In this document: positions 56,546 to 64,000 of the stretch, piece after piece
How positions within the stretch are numbered: the stretch's first letter is position 1
Layout of the letters: every line of letters starts with the position of its first letter
NCBI GenBank assembly: GCA_041690595.1
Contig: JAWLHB010000018.1
Span: 1 to 64,000 of the forward strand
Source: Lentisphaeria bacterium
GTDB taxonomy: Bacteria; Verrucomicrobiota; Lentisphaeria; JABSQK01; JAWLHB01
Length of the DNA stretch: 64,000 bases
Direction of reading: 5' to 3'
The notes under the pieces: model-generated
Databases searched by the model: none
The model's input: only the letters and a program-made list of their open reading frames with translations
What the model was told of the DNA's origin: nothing
Program-made: the position numbers and the translations under genes

Positions 56546-57859
56546 ATGAACTGGCAAGGGGAATGGAAGAAACTGGCAGCGATGATCGCAATCTTTCTCG
56601 GTTGCTTTTACCTGCCGCTGGAGAACGAGCGCTTTCAGGGTGCGATCATGGAGGCGCTGAACCTCACCCGCTGGTATGCTCAGGAGCACGTGATCCTCTG
56701 CCTGGTGCCCGCCTTCTTCATTGCCGGGGCCATAGCCGTCTTCGTGAGCCAGGCATCGGTCATGAAGTATCTTGGCGCAAGAGCCAACAAGGTGCTCGCC
56801 TATGGCGTTGCCAGCGTCAGCGGCACCATACTGGCGGTCTGCTCGTGCACCGTCCTGCCGCTCTTTGCGGGCATCCATCGCATGGGCGCGGGCCTCGGCC
56901 CCGCCTGCACCTTTCTCTACAGCGGCCCCGCGATCAACATCCTCGCCATTGTTCTGACTGCCGCGGTACTCGGTCCCAGGCTGGGCATTGCGCGAGCCGT
57001 CGGCGCCATCCTCTTCAGCATCGTCATCGGCCTCGCCATGCATCTCATCTTCCACAAGGAGGAGGAGGCCAAGGCCGCCGCCCAGATGGCCATGCCCGAG
57101 GCCGAAGTCAGCCGCCCCCTCTGGCAGAACGCCCTCTACTTTGCCTCGATGGTCGGCATCCTGGTCTTCGCCAACTGGGGCAAGCCCGAAGCCGGAGTCG
57201 AAACCGGTACATGGTACCTCATCTGGGCCTCCAAATGGTGGCTCACCAGCCTCTTCGCTCTCGCCCTGGCCGCCATCATGGTCCTCTGGTTCAAAACCGC
57301 TTGGTGGAAGATGGCGCTGGCTGTCATCGCCACCGCTTCGGCCGCGGCCATCGCGCCTCACGAGCCGATGCTTGCCTTCGTCGTCGGCGTTCTTGGCCTC
57401 TCCATCATCACCAGCCGTGACGAGGGTGAAAAGGGCGAATGGTTCAGCCAGAGCTGGGGTTTCGCCAAGCAGATCCTCCCCCTGCTCCTCATCGGCGTGC
57501 TGATCGCCGGGGCACTTCTGGGACGCCCCGGCCACGAAGGCTTGATCCCCTCCCATTGGGTCAGCACCCTGGTCGGCGGAAACTCCCTGCGCGCCAACTT
57601 CGTCGCCTCCTTTGCCGGTGCCTTCATGTACTTCGCGACCCTCACCGAGGTCCCGATCCTGCAGGGCTTGATCGGCAGCGGCATGGGTGAAGGCCCCGCT
57701 CTGGCGCTGCTCCTCGCCGGCCCCGCCCTCAGTCTGCCCAACATGCTTGTCATTCGCAGTGTCATGGGCACGAAGAAGACCATTGTCTTCGTCCTCCTTG
57801 TCATCGTCATGGCCACCATCAGCGGCATCCTCTACGGTTCCATCTGGGCCACTCCATGA
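56546..57859 (+). CDS. ArsP/DUF318 family permease
   Basis: AVCSCTVLPLF, FLYSGPAIN, MYFATLTEVP and LLAGPALSLP motifs; AAGGAG RBS. Confidence 0.88.
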   Translation: MNWQGEWKKLAAMIAIFLGCFYLPLENERFQGAIMEALNLTRWYAQEHVILCLVPAFFIAGAIAVFVSQASVMKYLGARANKVLAYGVASVSGTILAVCSCTVLPLFAGIHRMGAGLGPACTFLYSGPAINILAIVLTAAVLGPRLGIARAVGAILFSIVIGLAMHLIFHKEEEAKAAAQMAMPEAEVSRPLWQNALYFASMVGILVFANWGKPEAGVETGTWYLIWASKWWLTSLFALALAAIMVLWFKTAWWKMALAVIATASAAAIAPHEPMLAFVVGVLGLSIITSRDEGEKGEWFSQSWGFAKQILPLLLIGVLIAGALLGRPGHEGLIPSHWVSTLVGGNSLRANFVASFAGAFMYFATLTEVPILQGLIGSGMGEGPALALLLAGPALSLPNMLVIRSVMGTKKTIVFVLLVIVMATISGILYGSIWATP

Positions 57860-57958
57860 ATCTCACTCGCGGGATGGCATACATAGCGTCCATCACACTT
57901 CCCCTCATTGGTTCAACACGCCAGGAATTCTCTGAAGGGGCATCTGTGGGGACAGAGC

Positions 57959-58660
57959 CTATGGCGCCTGCCGCATCTCTTCGCTGACGATGCGGCCGCC
58001 GCGAAGGCGGATGGTGCGATGCGCCCGATCGGCGAGTTGCTGATCGTGGGTGACCAGCACAAGAGTCGTGCCGTGATGCGCGTTGAGGTCAAAGAGCTGA
58101 TCGATGACCACATGCCCCGTATCGGCATCCAGATTCCCGGTAGGTTCATCGGCAAAGAGGATATCCGGCTCGTTAACGAAGGCGCGGGCAATGGCGACGC
58201 GCTGCTGCTCTCCGCCCGAGAGCTGGGCGGGATAGTGATCCAGCCGGTCCCCAAGGCGTACATGATCGAGCAGCTCCGTCGCCCGTGGGCGATTCTGTCG
58301 CTGACCGCGCAACTCGAGCGGAACCATGACATTCTCCAGAGCCGTGAGCGTCGGGATCAACTGGAAGGCCTGAAAGATGAAGCCGATATGCTTCGAGCGC
58401 AACGCCGCGCGTTCATCCTCATCGAGATCGCTCAGCGCATGGCCGGCAAGGGTGACGGCTCCGGAGGACGGCGTGTCCAGACCCGCGCAGAGGCCAAGAA
58501 GGGTCGACTTGCCGCTGCCTGAGGGGCCAATGATAGCGCAACTGTCTCCCCGAGGCACGGAGAAGCTCAGTTCGTGCAGCACCGTCAGCCGGCGCTCGCC
58601 GGACTGGTAAACCTTGGTGAGATCCACCGCGGTGAGGATGGGCGAAGGGGATTCAGGCAT
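57959..58660 (-). CDS. ABC transporter ATP-binding protein (YbbA/LolD-like)
   Basis: [26 protein letters not shown] and VTHD. Confidence 0.93.
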   Translation of the reverse strand: MPESPSPILTAVDLTKVYQSGERRLTVLHELSFSVPRGDSCAIIGPSGSGKSTLLGLCAGLDTPSSGAVTLAGHALSDLDEDERAALRSKHIGFIFQAFQLIPTLTALENVMVPLELRGQRQNRPRATELLDHVRLGDRLDHYPAQLSGGEQQRVAIARAFVNEPDILFADEPTGNLDADTGHVVIDQLFDLNAHHGTTLVLVTHDQQLADRAHRTIRLRGGRIVSEEMRQAP

Positions 58661-58718
58661 TTGGTCGGAGCAGGGGATTCGGGTTGTCAGAAGGCGAATG
58701 GCACTTTAAAGTACTACC

Positions 58719-59360
58719 ATGAAAGCGCTGATACACAACCTGTGCATCATCATTCTGATGATTCTCTCCCTCGATTTGGCCGCGGCTGCCGACAAGAAGC
58801 TCACCATTGCCTTTCTCGGTGACAGTCTGACGGCCGGATACGGACTCTCCCAGGAAGTGGCCTACCCCGCGCTGATCGAGAAGAAACTGCTCGCCGCAGG
58901 CATCGATGCCACCGTCATCAATGCCGGGTTGAGCGGCGATACCACCAGTGGCGGCAGACGGCGCATCAACTGGTTGCTGAAGCGGCCCGTGGATCTCCTG
59001 GTGATCGCCCTCGGCGCCAACGATGGCCTGCGGGGCGTGCCTGTCAGCGAGATGCGCAAGAACCTGACGGCGATCATCGATGCTGCACGCACCAGGAACC
59101 CCCAGATGCAGATCGTCCTCGCCGGCATGCGTATGCCCCCCAACATGGGCTCCGACTATGCCGACGACTTTCACCGGATGTTTCGCGACCTTGCCCAAGA
59201 GCATGACACCGCCCTCATTCCCTTCCTGCTCGAAGGCGTCGGCGGCGTCGCTGACTTGAACCAGAGCGACGGCATTCACCCGACCGCCGAGGGCCAGAAG
59301 CTTCTGGCCGATACCGTCTGGCTGGTCCTTGAGCCACTCCTGACCAGACAGGCCAACTGA
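58719..59360 (+). CDS. GDSL/SGNH arylesterase (TesA-like)
   Basis: Signal peptide, GDSLTAGYG, NAGLSGDTT, LGANDGLRG and DGIHP. Confidence 0.93.
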   Translation: MKALIHNLCIIILMILSLDLAAAADKKLTIAFLGDSLTAGYGLSQEVAYPALIEKKLLAAGIDATVINAGLSGDTTSGGRRRINWLLKRPVDLLVIALGANDGLRGVPVSEMRKNLTAIIDAARTRNPQMQIVLAGMRMPPNMGSDYADDFHRMFRDLAQEHDTALIPFLLEGVGGVADLNQSDGIHPTAEGQKLLADTVWLVLEPLLTRQAN

Positions 59361-59362
59361 CC

Positions 59363-60367
59363 ATGAACAGCCGGCAGCGCGCCACCCTGGTACAGATCAT
59401 CGGCCAGGTGAGCGACCCGGAACCGACACCCGCCGACGACCATCTCGGTGCGCAGGCTGAGGTCGTCTGCGATACCTGCCATCGCTTTCTCACCTGGGCC
59501 GCGGTCGAAGTGGCCGACGAGGATTGCGGCTTTCGCTGCGCGGCCTGCATGGCGGCAACGCGCCAGTCGGCGGCACGTCGGCGTCTGATACGGATGTTGC
59601 GTTCGCCACTGACCTACGTGATCCTGCTGGTGGTCATGAGCGGGGTGCTTTTCGCCGCCGGCGTGGGCCGCCTGCAGCCGCGGGTAGTGCAGCAACGCGA
59701 TGCCTTGAAGCCGTGGTTTCGCCATCGCTTGCCGCGTCTGCATGCGCTGCAGGGCGGACGTGTGCGGATGCGCGTTCTGGTGCTGGAAGAGGAGGGCCAC
59801 CGGTCGGAAGTGGCCCGCTGGGCCAGGCTTGGCAATCACGCCTTCAACCGCGCCGCCGATCTCTGGCAGGGGACCGATGCGGAGCCACACCTGCGCGTCG
59901 CGGCGACCGTGATGAGCGCGTATACGGGTGACACTCAGGTGGCACACGCGACCCTCAAAGCCCTGGCCCCGGACTATCCGCCGGATAGCAAGGAGCATCT
60001 GTCGTACCTCTTTTACCGGGGACGTATCGCGCTGGCGGCAGGCGATCGCCAGGCTGCCATCGACGACCTGGAGAGCGTCCTGCGCGGCATCGGGAGCGGT
60101 CGCGAAAAGATGCTCGACCTCTCCGCCCTCGAGTTGTTGCTGGAAGCGGATCAGCAGGCGATGGGTGAAGCCGCCATGGTCCGTCGGATGGCGGAGATCA
60201 GCGGCCTGAACCTGCAGGGCGGCTACATGGCGCGCGAGATTATCGCGCTGTTCAAGGCGCAGGGCATACGTTCCCTCGTCGCCAACAAGGTCGAGCGTGA
60301 GATGAAGGAAGCGGGTGCATGGAATCGACGCGGTGAGAGCGTCATCGTGGAGCCCGCGCGTCGTTGA
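59363..60367 (+). CDS. Hypothetical membrane protein (N-terminal CxxC..CxxC, one TM, TPR-like helices)
   Basis: CDTC...CAAC, a hydrophobic segment and YLFYRGRIALAAGD...AIDDL. Confidence 0.65.
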   Translation: MNSRQRATLVQIIGQVSDPEPTPADDHLGAQAEVVCDTCHRFLTWAAVEVADEDCGFRCAACMAATRQSAARRRLIRMLRSPLTYVILLVVMSGVLFAAGVGRLQPRVVQQRDALKPWFRHRLPRLHALQGGRVRMRVLVLEEEGHRSEVARWARLGNHAFNRAADLWQGTDAEPHLRVAATVMSAYTGDTQVAHATLKALAPDYPPDSKEHLSYLFYRGRIALAAGDRQAAIDDLESVLRGIGSGREKMLDLSALELLLEADQQAMGEAAMVRRMAEISGLNLQGGYMAREIIALFKAQGIRSLVANKVEREMKEAGAWNRRGESVIVEPARR

Positions 60368-60382
60368 ACCCGGAGGTGATCG

Positions 60383-61585
60383 GTGTTTCTTCCCTATGCG
60401 GTCGAGGCGGATGAGCATGAGGTCCAGGAAAAGCCCTGGCTCGTTTACGGGCTGCTGCTGGCGATGCTGATCGTTCACCTCTTCATCTGGCTGCACCTCT
60501 CCGACAACTCCCGCCTCTACACACTCCTGCGTTACGGCGTGACGAAGTATGACTACCACAGCTGGCAGCCGCTCACCTGCACCCTGCTGCACGGCAGCTG
60601 GATGCACCTGGTCGGCAACATGTACATGCTCTGGGTCTACGGCGTCTCTCTTGAGCGCCTGACTGGTTGGTGGCAACTGCTCCTCGTCTACATTGTCGGT
60701 GCCTATGTGAGCGTGCAGGTGCAACTCTGGACGATGAACTCGCTGATGGCGGACGTGCCCGTCATCGGCGCTTCAGGGGCGATCAGCGCCGTCCTGGGCG
60801 CCTTCTTCGTCTGGCTGCCGCACGCCTGGCTGCATTGTCTCTTCTTCTCTCCGCTGACCTTTCGCCCCTTGCGCCTGCGGCTGCCCGCATGGGTGATTCT
60901 CATCCTCTGGTTCCTGGCGCAACTGATTCATTCCCTGCAGTTGGCCGGAGAGGTCGCCGGAGTCGCCTTCTGGGCGCATGTCGCGGGCTTCGCCGCCGGA
61001 GCAGGGCTGGCGACCTTCTTCAAGGCGATGCGTCAGCGCCTCATCGAAGACTGGGCCGAAGGGCGCAAGACCCCGCTGCTGGATGCCTGGCGCCTCTGGC
61101 TGGATGGCAGGCGCGAGCAGGCACTGGCGGCCGAAGAGGCGCTTCGCAAAGAGACCGTCACGGGCGCCCATGGCAGTCAGGCCCTCCTGAGCGGATTGGT
61201 CGATCTGCGCCAGCGTCGGCATCGGGAAGCTGCCGCTGCCGCTCTGACGCGCGCCTTCCGCCAGGCCGCGGATTATCGCGACGATGCGCGCAAGCTGACC
61301 TGCTACCTGCATCTGCTGCAGGCCGCGCCTCCGTTCGAGATCGCGCCGGATATTCACCGCGAAGCGGGACTTTCGGCACTCGCCTTCAAGCGTCCCGCCA
61401 TGGCACTTACCTGCTTTCAGCGGGCCATCATCACCGGCGAAGAGGAGCGGCTGGGACAGGTGATAGCCTCTGTCGCCGCCATGCTCGAGCACAAGTTCGC
61501 GCGGCCGGATCTGGCGCGCCAGGTGCGGGAGTTGGAGGGTGAAGTTTCTCGCGGCGGTGATACATTGGCAGGCGATTCACCATGA
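60383..61585 (+). CDS. Rhomboid intramembrane serine protease with helical C-terminal extension
   Basis: H...MHLVGNM, GASGAI (catalytic Ser) and AHVAGF (catalytic His); GGAGG RBS before a GTG start. Confidence 0.9.
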   Translation: MFLPYAVEADEHEVQEKPWLVYGLLLAMLIVHLFIWLHLSDNSRLYTLLRYGVTKYDYHSWQPLTCTLLHGSWMHLVGNMYMLWVYGVSLERLTGWWQLLLVYIVGAYVSVQVQLWTMNSLMADVPVIGASGAISAVLGAFFVWLPHAWLHCLFFSPLTFRPLRLRLPAWVILILWFLAQLIHSLQLAGEVAGVAFWAHVAGFAAGAGLATFFKAMRQRLIEDWAEGRKTPLLDAWRLWLDGRREQALAAEEALRKETVTGAHGSQALLSGLVDLRQRRHREAAAAALTRAFRQAADYRDDARKLTCYLHLLQAAPPFEIAPDIHREAGLSALAFKRPAMALTCFQRAIITGEEERLGQVIASVAAMLEHKFARPDLARQVRELEGEVSRGGDTLAGDSP

Positions 61586-61613
61586 ACCAACGGCGGACCC
61601 TGAAAGGATGCCC

Positions 61614-64000
61614 ATGCAGAAGCAACTGATCGTGATGTTCGGCAACCATTTCGACCTCGTCTGGCGTCGCCCATGGGCCCGCGACTACACCTATCTTGGC
61701 AAGCGCTACCTCGGGTACCGGCGGCTCCAGAACCTCCTCATCGACCGCAACCTGACTATGGCCGAAGAAGGGCGGGGCTCCTACAAGGTGGAGCAGGCGC
61801 TCAGCGTCCGGGCCTACCTGGAGGAGCACCCGGAAGCTCTGCCCAGGCTCCAGGCGCTTCATCGCCAGGGACTCTTCGAGGTGCTCGGCGCCGGCGAGTC
61901 GATCATGGACGTCAACATGTGCTTCAGCGAGACCATGGTGCGCAACCTTGCCTCCGGCATCGACTATTGCGACCGCATCCTCGGGATGCCGCCCAACCTG
62001 GCCTGTCACAACGACGGTTTCGGTTCCTCGGCCCAATTCCCGCAGGTCATGCGCGGCTGTGGCCTGGCCGGAATCCGGGGCATGTCGTACTGCTGTCCGG
62101 AGCTACCTTACTGGCGGGGACTGGATGGAAGCACCGTCGCCGTCCTCAAGGATCCACCCGGCGTCACCCTCTTCTACGACCACTGCTATCATGAACCCTG
62201 CCGTGCCTGCGACGGACAAGGCTGCGACAGCTGCGAAGCCACCGGCCTCGACCTTCCCCAGAATGTCTATCCGCCCTTCGAACCTCCACCCGACAGCGCC
62301 TTCAACGACGGCATGGCGATGTACAAGATCTGTTCCGAAGAGATGCTGCCGCCATCCTGCATGACGGAGTTGATGGCGACGTGGGAAGCAGCAGGCATAT
62401 CCTGCCAATGGGGCACCAACCGCGCCTTCGACGACCTCTTCCGCCACCAGCTTGACGCCGTCGATCATGCCCCCGCCGATCAGATCTCCGCACGCGTCGA
62501 GAACAATCCCGTGCAGACGGGATGCTACGTGAGCCGCAGTCGCATCAAGCAGCTGGCGCGTCGCTGCGAGGCTCTCTTCTACAGCTGGGAACGCGCCCTG
62601 GCACTGACCGCTCCCGCCGCCCTCGACGATGATCGATGGACCGCCTTTTTCCTCGAACTGCCCCTCTATTACTTTCACGACGCCATCACCGGCACCCATC
62701 AGGACGAGGCGTACGTGGAACTGATCGACCGCATGCAGGAGATGCTGGCAGGAGTTGACGCCTTTGGCCGTTCGGCCCTCTCGTCAGACCAGCCCGAGAA
62801 GCCGCTCTGGTGCTTCAATCCCAGCCATCGGCGCTTGCCGTTGCGGGTGACCCTGCCTGACGAGGAGTGGCGATCCGCCCGCCCGCGGGTGGCGCTGCTG
62901 CCCGACGGTCGCCGGGCCCCGGTCGTGCTGCCGCTGCATCCCGACGCGCCGAAGATGCCGCTCCTGCCCAGCCGTCTCATCGCGGCGGTGGGACCCAACG
63001 CCCGCACTCGGCCGGACCGCATCGAGCCGGTGATCGAGGTGCCGGAGCTGTCGCCGCTGGAGTGGTCCCGCATCGAGTTGGTCGAAGGAAAGCCGCCCCA
63101 GCCGCTGGAGGGGGATGTGATGGAAAACCGCTGGCTGCGGGTGGAACTGGGCGATCATGGCGTCAAGGCGCTGGAGCACTTGGCGAGTGGTGTGCGCCTG
63201 GAGCCGGAGCTGCCGCTGGGCCATCTGCTTTGCGAGGAAGACGAGGGAGACCCCTGGGGCACGCGCAAGATATGCACCTTCAGCAAGGAGCTGGCGCGGT
63301 ACACGCATCGGCTCGGCGGGTTGCGCTGCGACGGGTACAGCGAAGTCTATTTCGTCGGCCGCTACGAGCCAAACCTCCCCTTCGGCCGGGAGGAGGACCC
63401 CGCCATCTTCGCTCTGGAGTGGTACCTGACCGTGCGCCTCCTCGACGACGCGGAGCGGCTCGACTTCCAGGTCGAGCTCTTCTGGAAGAGCGCCAACCGA
63501 CGTATTCGGGCTTGCTTTCCGGTTGGCGCCCAGACGGATTCCGCCTGGTATTCGATCCCCGGCGGCTGGCTGGAACGACCGCGCTACGAACAGACGGAGC
63601 GCTGCCTCTGGAGCCCCGGCGGCGATTGGCCGGCCGTCCATGCCGTGGCCACCCAGCCCGACGGCACCGGCCTGGGATGGGCGATCGTCAATCATGGAAC
63701 CCCTTCGGCTCGCGTGGCCGATGGCAGCATCGATATCACCCTGCTGCGCTCGCCCGGCTTCGGGCACTGCCTGGAACGGTATGCCCAAAGCTATCCGATG
63801 CCGACCAGCGGCATTCGCGATGGCGGATGGCATCTCTTCACCTTCTCCCTTCTGCCGCATCACGGTCAGACCGATCTGTCGCGACTCATGGGGACCGCTG
63901 CCGCGCTCAACCTGGCCCCGCCCCTCGTCCATGCCGCGGCCCAACCTCGCGCCACCCGCCTCGAGCTCCAGGCCGAGGACGCCGAACTCCTGGCAATCAA
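61614..64000 (+). CDS. GH38 alpha-mannosidase-like protein (3'-partial; missing from the ORF track)
   Basis: Translated by hand at several points: NHFDLVW, NDGFGSSAQFPQ, FHDAITGT (62673) and TLLRSP (63738) all lie in one frame; AAGGA RBS. Confidence 0.85.
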   Translation, partial: MQKQLIVMFGNHFDLVWRRPWARDYTYLGKRYLGYRRLQNLLIDRNLTMAEEGRGSYKVEQALSVRAYLEEHPEALPRLQALHRQGLFEVLGAGESIMDVNMCFSETMVRNLASGIDYCDRILGMPPNLACHNDGFGSSAQFPQVMRGCGLAGIRGMSYCCPELPYWRGLDGSTVAVLKDPPGVTLFYDHCYHEPCRACDGQGCDSCEATGLDLPQNVYPPFEPPPDSAFNDGMAMYKICSEEMLPPSCMTELMATWEAAGISCQWGTNRAFDDLFRHQLDAVDHAPADQISARVENNPVQTGCYVSRSRIKQLARRCEALFYSWERALALTAPAALDDDRWTAFFLELPLYYFHDAITGTHQDEAYVELIDRMQEMLAGVDAFGRSALSSDQPEKPLWCFNPSHRRLPLRVTLPDEEWRSARPRVALLPDGRRAPVVLPLHPDAPKMPLLPSRLIAAVGPNARTRPDRIEPVIEVPELSPLEWSRIELVEGKPPQPLEGDVMENRWLRVELGDHGVKALEHLASGVRLEPELPLGHLLCEEDEGDPWGTRKICTFSKELARYTHRLGGLRCDGYSEVYFVGRYEPNLPFGREEDPAIFALEWYLTVRLLDDAERLDFQVELFWKSANRRIRACFPVGAQTDSAWYSIPGGWLERPRYEQTERCLWSPGGDWPAVHAVATQPDGTGLGWAIVNHGTPSARVADGSIDITLLRSPGFGHCLERYAQSYPMPTSGIRDGGWHLFTFSLLPHHGQTDLSRLMGTAAALNLAPPLVHAAAQPRATRLELQAEDAELLAI

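Noticed and set aside
62784..63944. 386-aa minus-strand ORF at the window end
   Set aside because: Antisense to the GH38-like gene, whose motifs are in frame on the + strand.
1..64000. tRNA, rRNA, integrase, transposase, phage or defence genes
   Set aside because: None recognised by eye; tRNAscan-SE, Infernal and DefenseFinder would be needed to exclude them formally.

Overview
High-GC chromosomal segment from a diderm bacterium (lpxD and skp present). The gene mix suggests the PVC group, possibly Lentisphaerota, but that is a weak inference. No CRISPR array, rRNA, tRNA, prophage or transposase was seen. Contents in order: G-rich ~90-bp tandem repeat arrays and REP-like palindrome mosaics (1-740, 2460-2700, 8145-8790); an ABC-F ATPase; a TetR-MFP-RND efflux operon; VWA, MDR and PfkB genes; a hybrid kinase; a SulP-USP operon behind an attenuator-like leader; STAS-skp-lpxD; a TMTC-like glycosyltransferase; NAD kinase and MoxR; a glycan-utilisation cluster; dnaN with an oriC-like DnaA-box/AT-rich region but an RsbU-like phosphatase where dnaA normally sits; recN; a methyltransferase-bshC-bshB1 operon (probably N-methyl-bacillithiol); a sigma54-controlled non-canonical chaperone/usher-like pilus operon flanked by an NtrC-type activator and a PAS kinase; an S1-domain protein; an ArsP-like permease; ybbA/tesA-like genes; a rhomboid; and a GH38-like gene that runs off the window end. 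Best candidates for something undescribed: (i) a stand-alone, structured ~140-nt RNA on the minus strand (20743-20882) with its own sigma54 -24/-12 promoter and terminator; (ii) the sigma54 pilus-like system; (iii) the four-segment attenuator upstream of sulP; (iv) the dnaA-less origin architecture. All product calls come from motif recognition by eye; no database searches were run.
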